Notes under the pieces: model-generated
Told to the model about the DNA's origin: nothing
Databases searched by the model: none
What the model saw: only the letters and a program-made list of their open reading frames with translations
Translations under genes and position numbers: made by a program
In this document: positions 19,330 through 27,578 of the stretch, in pieces
Numbering within the stretch: the stretch's first letter is position 1
How the letters are laid out: every line of letters begins with the position of its first letter
Origin: Candidatus Latescibacterota bacterium
GTDB lineage: Bacteria; Latescibacterota; UBA2968; UBA8231
Length of the DNA stretch: 51,736 nucleotides
Assembly (NCBI GenBank): GCA_965204725.1
Contig: CBDBFD010000001.1
Location: 1 to 51,736, forward strand
Direction: 5' to 3'

Positions 19330-20748
19330 TTACTCTCCTTCCGGCGGGTCGGCCGGGGAATTAGGCGGATCAGGCGGGTCCGCCCGATTACCGCTGGGAT
19401 TTAACAACATTGTTTCCTCAAAAGACCGATCAATCGTCACCGCCAGATTAGACGGCGGCTCCCGGTCGAGCAGGCGATAGGCGAGGCGACACGCCTTCGT
19501 CAGGGCATCGTCCACATTCTGCACCGCACTACGCACCGCCGCCCGTGCTGCCACCGTACCCAGCAAGGTCTGCGTCGCCGTCACATTCGGCATCGGCTGG
19601 GCGGACACCTGACCAGCAAAGCGGCCCTGCACATAGTCAATCATCTCGCGGATGCTATTGGAGATAGGCTCAGCCGCGCTCGTGTCCGGCCCCACGTAGA
19701 ACACATCGCCATCCTTGCCAATCAGAATGCGCTGGCTTGTCTGCACATCCGTCGTGGAGGAGAGCACGTTGCGCTCCGTGCTGGCCTCGGCTTGACGCTT
19801 CTCGCGCTCAGCCCGCTGAACCTCTTTCAGGTTCACTTCCTTCAGCACCTGCCACCGCGTCATCGCCGTGTGCAGGTAGTGGTTGCGCGCATTCTGCTGC
19901 GAGTAAATCTCTATGTTCACGGCAGCACAGTCCGCAAACGGCGGGCGACCAATCATAGGGGCCTGCGGCTGGGACGCATAGCACTGGACGATGGGCGGCC
20001 CCGACAGCGTCAACTCCTCGTTGGCACTATACGGCATGTACGGCACATCGTCCGGGTCGTCAGCCAGCACGTCCTTGACGTTGCCCTGGCCGCGCTTGAC
20101 ACGCAGCTCCTTGAAGCCACGCGCATCGTAGTAGAGCACTGTCGCCTGCAGCGCGTGCTCGCGGTCGTAGTGATACTGAACCTCCCGTATCTCCTCAACC
20201 TGCTCACGCCGGTTCGTCAGCCAGTCATAGACATTGAGCGTCGGGAGCAAGCGAAAGTAGGGAGCGAGCCGACGCTGCTCGTAATCGAAGATGGAAGGGA
20301 CACCATCAAACGCAGGCAAGAACACGCCGATATGGGCCACACCATAGGTCAGCACCTCGCGCAACGCATTCTCAGCAAACTCCGTCAGGGTGCTCCCGCC
20401 GCCGTCCACATCCTCTTGCCACGCCTGTGGCAACGCACTGTCAGCCCTCAGCACCACCGGCTGGCTGAACGGCGCGGTCGAGAGTGTGTGGATACCATGC
20501 GCGTAGTAGTTCTCCAGCACCGCCCGCTCGGTGCGTATCAGGTAGTCGCTGTCGCGCTCCCCCTGCTGCTGAGGCAGGTAGCGGCTCGACAACGCCTGCA
20601 GGCGCGGCTGACCACCGAGGACGTCCACAACAGGACGCCAATGGCGCATCGAAAGGCTGTAGAGCGGGTGCTCGTCGAGGCCGTTGGTGCCGCGGACGAT
20701 AGCCCCGTCAGACGCATTGGCATTGAGCCTATTTTGAATTTCCGTCAT
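19330..20748 (-). CDS. Portal protein (DUF4055-like), 472 aa
   Basis: YLPQ...E..DY..R..RA...NY, DVDG.G..L..F, PPF.D.A.VN and TAT motifs; follows TerL. Confidence 0.9.
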   Translation of the reverse strand: MTEIQNRLNANASDGAIVRGTNGLDEHPLYSLSMRHWRPVVDVLGGQPRLQALSSRYLPQQQGERDSDYLIRTERAVLENYYAHGIHTLSTAPFSQPVVLRADSALPQAWQEDVDGGGSTLTEFAENALREVLTYGVAHIGVFLPAFDGVPSIFDYEQRRLAPYFRLLPTLNVYDWLTNRREQVEEIREVQYHYDREHALQATVLYYDARGFKELRVKRGQGNVKDVLADDPDDVPYMPYSANEELTLSGPPIVQCYASQPQAPMIGRPPFADCAAVNIEIYSQQNARNHYLHTAMTRWQVLKEVNLKEVQRAEREKRQAEASTERNVLSSTTDVQTSQRILIGKDGDVFYVGPDTSAAEPISNSIREMIDYVQGRFAGQVSAQPMPNVTATQTLLGTVAARAAVRSAVQNVDDALTKACRLAYRLLDREPPSNLAVTIDRSFEETMLLNPSGNRADPPDPPNSPADPPEGE

Positions 20749-20757
20749 GTCGTCAAT

Positions 20758-21999
20758 TTACACGTAGCGAGAGTAGGCGTCAAGGTTCCATACGCCACTT
20801 GCGAGGTATCGTAAAGCGTCCACAGCGTGATCGTTCTCTTTTACCGGCCCATCCTCGCCACGCGCCGCCTTCTTCTCGTCGTACACGTAGCCCTGTAACT
20901 CCTCAATGAGCCGCTCGCAGCGTTCAAGGATGTAGATGGTCGGCTTCTCAAGCTGCACACGCAGGCAGGCTATACCCGCCAGCACGTCCTTCTTCACACT
21001 CGGCAGGTAACAGTCCATCGAACGATACTCAGCCACATCGCCCGCCGCCGCCGGGTCCACGTAGAAGCCGCTGGCGTCCGGCCAGTCCGCCCCTAGCATA
21101 TTCTCCCGCTGTCGGGCGATCACCGCCTTTGCGTGTTCCCGCGGTGTCCGCTCGCCATCCTCGGGCCGAAAGTAGTATTCGTCGTAGATCAGCAGGTTAT
21201 CCAGCCGCGTCCGCGCCCCATAGACGGCGGCATAGGGCACAGCATAGCCTACATCCACCGCCACCAGCACCTCCTCGATGTAGGCGGTCGGCAACTCCCC
21301 CTCCTTGACCACTGTGAACTGCGGAAAGATGGCCCCCGACGCCACCGCCCACTCCCCCTCGACCAGCCGCGTGTAGTCCGCCCCGGCGAATAGCCCGCGG
21401 TAGAACGCGCGGTTTGACTCAGCCAGCGTCGGGTTGTCGTTCAGTGTGAAGTGCAGCGAGCGATCAATCGTCCCCCCGTCGTCGATCCGCTTCTTTAGCC
21501 ACGAGGTCGGCGCGGTGGGATTAGCACACATCCACACCTTCCCATTCGGCATCGTCACGCGGCTGAGGATGCGATTGACAAAATCTTCGGACAGAAGGGA
21601 GGCCTCGTCTATCAGGGCGCAGCAGGCACTAAATCCCATTGGAGCCGCCTCGCTGAGGATATTCTCCCCCGCCAGCAGCTTGTATTGCTGGTCGCCTATA
21701 TGCAGCATCGACCGCCCCCGGTCATACCGGCTGGGGATACCCGCATCATCGGCAAAGCCACGCATCGGCGCGACAATCGCCTCCTCTATCACGGAGACCT
21801 TGCGGCCAACCAGCAGATGCAGGTAGCCCGGCGGCAACGGCGGCATGGTGGCCGTGTAGAGGAACAGGCCCAACGCCGCGCTCCACGTCTTGCCGCTGCG
21901 TATCGCGCCTACGCTGGCGACGGTGCGCGGCTTGTCGGTAGGGGTCGTCCCCCAGCCAGCGAGAACCTTCTGCTTAGGGCTAAGCGTCGCTCGAGGCAT
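20758..21999 (-). CDS. terL: Terminase large subunit (probable start MPRATLS at 21999)
   Basis: Walker A GAIRSGKT, Walker B LIDEA, ANP coupling motif, RNase H-like VDVG and NDHAVDALRY. Confidence 0.95.
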   Translation of the reverse strand: MPRATLSPKQKVLAGWGTTPTDKPRTVASVGAIRSGKTWSAALGLFLYTATMPPLPPGYLHLLVGRKVSVIEEAIVAPMRGFADDAGIPSRYDRGRSMLHIGDQQYKLLAGENILSEAAPMGFSACCALIDEASLLSEDFVNRILSRVTMPNGKVWMCANPTAPTSWLKKRIDDGGTIDRSLHFTLNDNPTLAESNRAFYRGLFAGADYTRLVEGEWAVASGAIFPQFTVVKEGELPTAYIEEVLVAVDVGYAVPYAAVYGARTRLDNLLIYDEYYFRPEDGERTPREHAKAVIARQRENMLGADWPDASGFYVDPAAAGDVAEYRSMDCYLPSVKKDVLAGIACLRVQLEKPTIYILERCERLIEELQGYVYDEKKAARGEDGPVKENDHAVDALRYLASGVWNLDAYSRYV

Positions 22000-22393
22000 T
22001 GGCTTCGGCCTTGAGGGAGGCGAGCAGATCATTGAGCAGGGAGGCATCGACACCACTGGATTGAGCGGCCTGTGCCCGCTGCCGCTCACGGACCATCGCC
22101 GCCGCCTCTTTTACGCCGCGCCAGTCCTTCGCTTCGAGGGCCATCTCGCGAACCTTAAAGGGGGCCTCGGCCTCTTGCTCGGCGGCAAGCGCATCGCGCA
22201 CCGCTTCGTGCAGTACAAAGTGCGGACGCTGCCATTGAGGCCCCTCCCCTTTGTAGCAACGCCAGCGCGAAACCAAATAGGTCGAATAGCGAATACCAGC
22301 CTGCTTACAGGCCCACTGAATACCCTTCCCGTAATAGAGGTTCTTCTCAATATCACGGAGCTTGTCAGCCGTCAATTTTATCGGAGGTGCCAT
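21980..22393 (-). CDS. terS: Terminase small subunit, 137 aa
   Basis: HTH-like ACKQAGIRYSTY and KDWR motif; overlaps the terL start. Confidence 0.75.
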   Translation of the reverse strand: MAPPIKLTADKLRDIEKNLYYGKGIQWACKQAGIRYSTYLVSRWRCYKGEGPQWQRPHFVLHEAVRDALAAEQEAEAPFKVREMALEAKDWRGVKEAAAMVRERQRAQAAQSSGVDASLLNDLLASLKAEANASSDA

Positions 22394-22480
22394 AACGCGC
22401 GTGCGTAGAAGAATGGGGATTACAATTACAAACGCCTAATCAGTCGTCCGTCCGGTTACCCCACGCCATCCGCCCCAGTA

Positions 22481-22723
22481 TCAGCAGGCGAGGAACCGAT
22501 AGACGATCTTACGGTCGCTCTCTTTCTCGTCCTCTGATAGGTCGCAGTACGCCGTATCCATTTGCCGTTTCCAACGCTCTACGAGATCGGCGGGTATCAC
22601 CAAGCTGCCATCTTCGCGCGGCTCGCACTTGCTGAACTGGTAGCGCATCCAGTGCGACCAGATGATATGCTGGGCATCTGCTGCCTGTTCCAGCGTCAGG
22701 TTGATTTTGGGAGGGGCCGCCAT
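22481..22723 (-). CDS. Stand-alone RyR-domain-like protein, 80 aa
   Basis: A..H..W and Y.DLSEDEKESDR match the ends of the RyR repeat domain. Confidence 0.6.
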   Translation of the reverse strand: MAAPPKINLTLEQAADAQHIIWSHWMRYQFSKCEPREDGSLVIPADLVERWKRQMDTAYCDLSEDEKESDRKIVYRFLAC

Positions 22724-22724
22724 C

Positions 22725-23117
22725 TCAGACCTCGTGCTTCCCTTCCACGCCGCGCGCCTCGCGATCCCGCGTCCGCGCCTGCATCTCGCGGATCGCCGCC
22801 TCCAGGTGCTCTATCACCCGGGCGTTGCTCTCGCAGGCGAACTGCGTACTCTGGTAGAAGTGCATGCGGTCGAGCACCGCGCCGGTCACGGTCTCGACAA
22901 ATGAGCCATTTTGTCTATATCTGTTTTTGCCCTCCCGCAACGGGCCGTGCTGCCACGCGATGCCAAACCCCGGCCCGGTGCTGTTGCCGCCCCCCGGGTT
23001 GCCGTCCGCGTCTAAATGATGGATGGAGTCGAAGTCGGTGGACTGGGGATGCGCGGACGCCGGATCCTCCTCGGTCGCGTCCAGTATCTTCATCTTCGCT
23101 GCAAACTGTGGGGCCAT
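22725..23117 (-). CDS. tad1: Tad1/Acb2-family anti-defence nucleotide sponge, 130 aa
   Basis: WQHGP..E...NG, DR..FYQ..QFAC.SNA....LE.A and RT..RE.RGVEG.H follow the Tad1 pattern FQNG..NG..RL..FQ..F.CREN..A..KLEEA..RT..R..RGVEGTH. Confidence 0.82.
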   Translation of the reverse strand: MAPQFAAKMKILDATEEDPASAHPQSTDFDSIHHLDADGNPGGGNSTGPGFGIAWQHGPLREGKNRYRQNGSFVETVTGAVLDRMHFYQSTQFACESNARVIEHLEAAIREMQARTRDREARGVEGKHEV

Positions 23118-23164
23118 AGTCTCTGTCTCTCTCCGGTTAGCCGGTTAGGGATGGATGGATAAAG

Positions 23165-23320
23165 AGTGCCGGGGGCCTACCCATTGACTGATGCGCCGGT
23201 CACGGGGGCCGGTTGCCCGGTAGCCCTACCGACACAGGGAGACTCGAACTCCCATTCCCCGGCGATACCGCGGGGCGCGGCTGGGGTGAGTTATGTCCTC
23301 GACGACCCAGCCGCCCCCTA
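23165..23320 (-). ncRNA. Candidate structured RNA / 5' leader with a tRNA-type T-loop
   Basis: Stems found by eye: gcggctggg/cccagccgc; gccgggg/ccccggc enclosing gggag-TTCGAGT-ctccc and tgtgtcggt/accggcgca with a ccgg-GCAA-ccgg tip. Confidence 0.5.
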
Positions 23321-23332
23321 TCGCGCGATACG

Positions 23333-23363
23333 ATAATAAACACACCTACGCCGCGCACGTCAA
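23333..23363 (-). promoter_or_regulatory. Candidate promoter for the tad1/late transcript
   Basis: TTGACG-N19-TATTAT on the minus strand; the spacer is long. Confidence 0.35.
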
Positions 23364-23750
23364 CGCGATGGTGCGATGGCTGACATTCAGCTTGTCGGCG
23401 GCTTCGTCATTGGTGATCTCAGGATCAAGGGGCAAATTTGCCCCTTGATCCGACACCCGCACCGTGCCACGCTCAACCGCCTCAACAACGGGCGGCTCGG
23501 CGTCACGTAGGACAGACTTGGCGGTTCGGACACTGCGGGGGCTGACGTTCAGCTTGTTAGCTGCTTCCTCGTTGGTAATTTCTTTTCGAGTAGGCAAATT
23601 TGCCTCGTCGAAATTCTCGTCTTGCTCGCTTGGACGGTCGCCGCCGCTTTGGGCATCGGCCAGCCGCCCCGCCACGATAGCCCGCTGGCTCTCGCTCAGG
23701 TGCCGCCGGTGCAGGGCGCGGCGCGAGACAGGAGACAGAGGAGGGTCAGT
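23346..23750 (-). pseudogene. Truncated ParB-associated HTH remnant with an internal duplication
   Basis: Frame reads DPPLSPVSRRALHRRHLSESQRAIVAGRLA, with an upstream in-frame TGA and no start before the motif; ANLP...EITN.EAA.KLNVS occurs twice. Confidence 0.55.
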
Positions 23751-24120
23751 CCGTCACTCGCGCTTGCAGTGCCACCCACGCCTCGTAAATGGCCACCAGC
23801 CTCCCCCGGTGCTCGGCGGGCAACCCATCGCTGGGTAGGACGGACGGCCAGCCCGGAGGCAGCGGGTGGTCGATGCAGTCGAGCACATCGCAATCGCGGG
23901 CGAAATCGTAGATGATGCGCCACTGGCCCTCAGTATCGCCCAGTCCATCCGGGTCAAGGCAATCGTCCACCGGCGTCTCGGAGATCAGCGCGGCAATCGA
24001 GTAGGCGGCTACTTCGGGGTCATCATTCCAGTCCTGCCAATGCTGGCGCACATCGGCGGCGATACGGCTGACGGCAGCGGCGATACGGCTGGCTTCTTCG
24101 GTGTGAATCGTAGTGATCAT
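23746..24120 (-). CDS. Hypothetical protein, 124 aa (paralogue of 24196-24519)
   Basis: Shares IHT, AADVR..W.DW, IA.LI..TPVD and RL.AIY.AWV.L with its neighbour. Confidence 0.75.
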   Translation of the reverse strand: MITTIHTEEASRIAAAVSRIAADVRQHWQDWNDDPEVAAYSIAALISETPVDDCLDPDGLGDTEGQWRIIYDFARDCDVLDCIDHPLPPGWPSVLPSDGLPAEHRGRLVAIYEAWVALQARVTD

Positions 24121-24195
24121 GCGGCAATCCTTCGCTTGGCACCGGGCCTCCCCCCTTAGCCAGCTTTTGCCTAAGCCATTCCCGCCGCACAGTGG

Positions 24196-24519
24196 TTAGT
24201 GTGATACGCTACTCTTCAATGACACCCACGCCGCGTAAATGGCCCGCAGCCGCGCGAGGTCGCCCCCGGGCAGGGACAATAGTTCCGCCCGATCCAGCGG
24301 GCGGACAGGCAACCCCTCCACGCCGCTGTCGAGCAGGAAGTCGAACACCAGCAGGCATTGGGTATCAGCCAGATCGTATTCGCACAGGTAGCCGTCCACC
24401 GGCGTCTGCGCGATCAGATGCGCGATGCGGGCCGCGCTGCCCGGCGACCAGTCGCGCCACGCGGAGCGAACATCGGCAGCGAGGGCGCGGTGAAACTGAG
24501 TGTGGATTACAGCGGTCAT
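24196..24519 (-). CDS. Hypothetical protein, 107 aa (MTAVIHTQ; paralogue of 23746-24120)
   Basis: GGAG RBS before ATG 24519; similarity to the paralogue starts here. Confidence 0.75.
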   Translation of the reverse strand: MTAVIHTQFHRALAADVRSAWRDWSPGSAARIAHLIAQTPVDGYLCEYDLADTQCLLVFDFLLDSGVEGLPVRPLDRAELLSLPGGDLARLRAIYAAWVSLKSSVSH

Positions 24520-24544
24520 TGCGGTCTCCAGTGGGTTAAATGGG

Positions 24545-24862
24545 TAGTGTAACAGCAAAATGCCGTTACAGGGCAAAAATGCCGTTACACTCGTAAGATG
24601 TTGTTTTATACAGACTTGCGGCCACAAAAATCGAAAGTGTAACAGCAGTAACGGCATTTTCGCATTTCTGGCCTCACGCATGCGCGCGAGGCTTATCAAT
24701 ACAGCCCCTTTGCTGTTTTTCTTTCGCTCGCATGCGCGAGATGTTGTAAAAATGCTGTTACTGCAGTTACACATTGCTGTAAGTTCCTGTCTCGCATCCA
24801 TTTGCGGCGTAACGGCAAACATTGAAAATGCCGTTACAATGCCGTTACATGCCGTTACGGTC
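24545..24862. repeat. Iteron-like repeat cluster, putative replication origin
   Basis: Five direct ATGCCGTTAC copies plus inverted or variant copies (GTAACGGCA, GTAACAGCA, ATGCTGTTAC) in an AT-richer tract just after the primase stop. Confidence 0.75.
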
Positions 24863-24866
24863 GCCA

Positions 24867-27296
24867 TTAGTGATATGCGTGTGCGGGCAAGTCGCCGTTG
24901 GCTTGAAGCCGTGCGGCCGTGCGTTCCCCGGCGGTTAGGTCGTGTCCGTTTGTTGGCTTGGCGGCCTCTGGCGCGGCCTCTGGCGTGTGCGTAGGGGCGG
25001 TGTCGTTGTAGGGGTTATCGTCTTGGTCTGCTGCGTCATAGCCGTCGTATAGGTCGCCGTCCTCGGCATTACGCCACGTCATTCGCACCCCTCGCAGGAT
25101 GCGTTGCGGCTTGCCGTCTATCCGTTGCGAGAGGCTCTCTATCGAGGGCATGACCTTTTTCAAGTTCCGGCCAAACCACGCGCTGTTCTGTCGAGCGGCC
25201 TGCTTGTCGGCATTATTATTCTCGGCCCAAGCCTTCCACGCCTTGAACACTTCGGCGGCGATCTCTGAGGAGCCTTCCTCGGCCACCAGCGTGTCCGCAG
25301 CGAACTGCGCGATGGGGTTGTGCTCGTGGGCCATAGCCTTAGTCTCGCCGATTAAGAGGGCCTCGTTATCGAGCTGTCCTGTTTGGACATAGCGCGCGGC
25401 GCGGCAGGTCATGTTCCACGCGAGGGCGGGCACTTCTGGTTCCAGCTTGCTGATCAGTGCGCGGTCGCGTTCATCTTCGGGTATGTCGGGGAATAGGATG
25501 GTCCAGAGGCGTTCGCGTAGGGCGGTGTCGTTGCCGTCGATGGTCATGCGGTCGTCTTGCCCGACGATGGCGAGGAAGGCTGTGGGTCGGAATGAGAGCG
25601 TTTCGCCGCCCTTCTTCTCGGCATGGACCGTTCCGCCGCCGCCGGTATAGCTGAGAAACTCGGTAGCTTTCATGGGGCCGGAGGGGTCGGTGATGGTTAT
25701 GAGTCGCTTGCCGAGGTGGGCGAGCAGGTGGTGGTCGTGTCTGTCGCGGTAGCCGAAGAAGTATCCGGGTGCGGCCTCGATAAAACCGCCGTCCTTTCCG
25801 AGGATGCGGTGTCCGAGAATCTCGCTCCAAAATAGAGACTTTCCGTTGCGCCCCCCGCCGCGCCCCACAAAGGCCCGCTCTGCTCGCCTGCTTCCTTGCA
25901 GTGAATAGCCCCCGGCGTCCAGCAGGGCCTCTGTCTTGTCGTTTCTGAGCACCCGCCGCATGGTCTGGTCAAAGATGGGTGTTGGGCCATCGGCGGGTGT
26001 GCAGGCCAGTTCCCACGTGAAGCCGTGTTCGGGTAAGCGGTCGCTCTCGTAGGTGTTGCGCGGCGCGTCGGGCGCGAACTTGGATAGGTCCCACACCTTG
26101 CCGCCGGGGATGGGCAGCAGGTGGTCTTGCCCCGTCAGGCTGTCGGGGCTGCTGTCGAGGATGCCGCGGTCGTCTTGGAACACCTCTGCGGCAATGGCCA
26201 TGCGTCGCCGGTGCTTTTTGAGGGCGCTGGTCTGCTCGGCTATGGCCTCCCTGATGGCCTGTATCCCTTCCTCGTCCTTTTTCTTCGTCGCCATAGCGAG
26301 GGCTGGCTCGAAGTGGTCGCTGATGCGCTGAGGCAGGTACTTGTCTATGCAGCGCGCGACCGCGCCATTGGGCCTCGTTCCGGTCAGCGGCTCCCATAGC
26401 CTACGCTGGCCGTCGAAGCGATAGACCTGTTGCGATGGCATCACCCGCAGGCTTTGTGGCATAGGGGTCTGGTCGAGCAGGTACTGTGCCATTGACGCAT
26501 CCTCGAGCACGGCGCTGTTGAGTGCGTCTTGCACTTCGCTTGACAGGGGCTTCTTGTCGGCGGGTTGGCCTGTCTTTCCCTTGATCTTTGGAACGCTGGT
26601 ATGCTCTTGTATCTGGCTCCAGTCGCCTCCGCTGGCGAGCCAGTCGTCCACGCCTGCCGTTGGGTTGTTCTTGGGCGCGGGGAAGGACAGCATCTTGACC
26701 GTCCCTATCGCCTTAGTGCTCTTGCCGGTGGCGAGGAACTTCTGTGCAGCGTCGTTGACTTGGGGATTGGTGCGAAAGTCGGCGTCGAACAGGCCGCGCA
26801 CATCCTTGTCGTTGCAGAGGGCTATTATCTCTACCCGCAGCCCCCCGTCCTTGACCCATCCGTAGCATCCCTGCATGGCGATGATGGATAGGTTGGGTTG
26901 GGCCGTGGCGACGGCATCGGCTTGCTTGACGCCCTCGATGAGATAGACCGTATCAGCCTCTGGTTTGTAGTGGAGGGTGTCGAGCAGGCTGGGCTTGCCG
27001 GTGGCGGTGACATACTTGATGGTTCCGCCGTCTTTGTTGGTCACTGGCTCAATGAGCCGTAGCTGGCCGGCGGGGTAGTCGCTGTTGGGGGGCGTCAGGG
27101 GTATCCAGAAACCTGCGCCCCAAAAGTTTTTAGGGATGCCCTCGGGCTTGCCGATGGCCGTAAACTGGTTCGGCTTTACCGCTTGGTATCCGCGTGCGCT
27201 GGCGACCTCCTCGCTAATGGCGGATGCCTTGAGGGTGTCCTCCAGGTACTGTTCGGGTGTGGGGGTACTCGTGCTAGTGCTTGTGCGGGTAGCCAT
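24867..27296 (-). CDS. Primase-helicase replication protein (TOPRIM/DUF3854-like + D5/P4-type SF3 helicase), 809 aa
   Basis: LIEGVKQADA, FDAD and GVDDWL TOPRIM motifs; Walker A G.GRNGKS; TGG..AEKKG..F.P and D.AL.ER helicase motifs; C-terminal winged-helix-like segment. Confidence 0.9.
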   Translation of the reverse strand: MATRTSTSTSTPTPEQYLEDTLKASAISEEVASARGYQAVKPNQFTAIGKPEGIPKNFWGAGFWIPLTPPNSDYPAGQLRLIEPVTNKDGGTIKYVTATGKPSLLDTLHYKPEADTVYLIEGVKQADAVATAQPNLSIIAMQGCYGWVKDGGLRVEIIALCNDKDVRGLFDADFRTNPQVNDAAQKFLATGKSTKAIGTVKMLSFPAPKNNPTAGVDDWLASGGDWSQIQEHTSVPKIKGKTGQPADKKPLSSEVQDALNSAVLEDASMAQYLLDQTPMPQSLRVMPSQQVYRFDGQRRLWEPLTGTRPNGAVARCIDKYLPQRISDHFEPALAMATKKKDEEGIQAIREAIAEQTSALKKHRRRMAIAAEVFQDDRGILDSSPDSLTGQDHLLPIPGGKVWDLSKFAPDAPRNTYESDRLPEHGFTWELACTPADGPTPIFDQTMRRVLRNDKTEALLDAGGYSLQGSRRAERAFVGRGGGRNGKSLFWSEILGHRILGKDGGFIEAAPGYFFGYRDRHDHHLLAHLGKRLITITDPSGPMKATEFLSYTGGGGTVHAEKKGGETLSFRPTAFLAIVGQDDRMTIDGNDTALRERLWTILFPDIPEDERDRALISKLEPEVPALAWNMTCRAARYVQTGQLDNEALLIGETKAMAHEHNPIAQFAADTLVAEEGSSEIAAEVFKAWKAWAENNNADKQAARQNSAWFGRNLKKVMPSIESLSQRIDGKPQRILRGVRMTWRNAEDGDLYDGYDAADQDDNPYNDTAPTHTPEAAPEAAKPTNGHDLTAGERTAARLQANGDLPAHAYH

Positions 27297-27299
27297 TGA

Positions 27300-27432
27300 T
27301 GGCCTCCTGCCGCGTGTGCGGCGTGTAAAGTGAACCTCCCAAGTGACCGCCGTGCGGCCCGAAGCCGAAGCCCGGGCCGCCGGTCACTTTACAACAGGAG
27401 GGTAATCCTGTGCGAGGCGCGACCCTCGCGGC
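27300..27432 (-). promoter_or_regulatory. Structured 5' leader of the primase gene with alternative anti-SD pairings
   Basis: Anti-SD CCTCCTG and TGTAAAGTGACCG each have two mutually exclusive downstream partners. Confidence 0.55.
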
Positions 27433-27440
27433 GCAAAGAG

Positions 27441-27469
27441 ATAGTAGCTATAACTGAACGGGTTGTCAA
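27441..27469 (-). promoter_or_regulatory. Sigma70-type leftward promoter
   Basis: TTGACA (27464-27469)-N17-TACTAT (27441-27446) on the minus strand. Confidence 0.8.
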
Positions 27470-27508
27470 GGGGGTTTTATATTTCTTTGAAAAAAGTTTC
27501 TCAGTCCC

Positions 27509-27537
27509 TTGCGCGAACTTTGAATGGTGGTTAGTTT
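27509..27537 (+). promoter_or_regulatory. Candidate rightward promoter
   Basis: TTGCGC-N17-TAGTTT in the AT-rich divergent region upstream of the RHH gene. Confidence 0.4.
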
Positions 27538-27578
27538 TTTGTTTCCACGAACCAATACCCTAAAGGAGGGCGCATAGT

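Noticed and set aside
15878-20814. Long plus-strand ORFs (15878-16918, 17016-18044, 19792-20814)
   Set aside because: Antisense shadows of the adaptor, capsid and portal genes.
22000-22089. N-terminal extension of TerL
   Set aside because: Lies within terS and looks non-coding in this frame; ATG 21999 gives a typical LSPKQ start.
23229-23298. Canonical tRNA gene or tRNA-derived attP
   Set aside because: A T-arm is present, but there is no D-arm consensus, 7-nt anticodon loop or CCA, and no integrase was found; kept only as a structured-RNA candidate.
24545-24862. CRISPR array
   Set aside because: Repeats are ~10 bp, irregularly spaced and in both orientations; no cas genes.
24520-24867. 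N-terminal 116 aa of the 223-aa ORF, and plus-strand ORF 24560-24994
   Set aside because: These translate the iteron/origin repeats; the real gene most likely starts at 24519.
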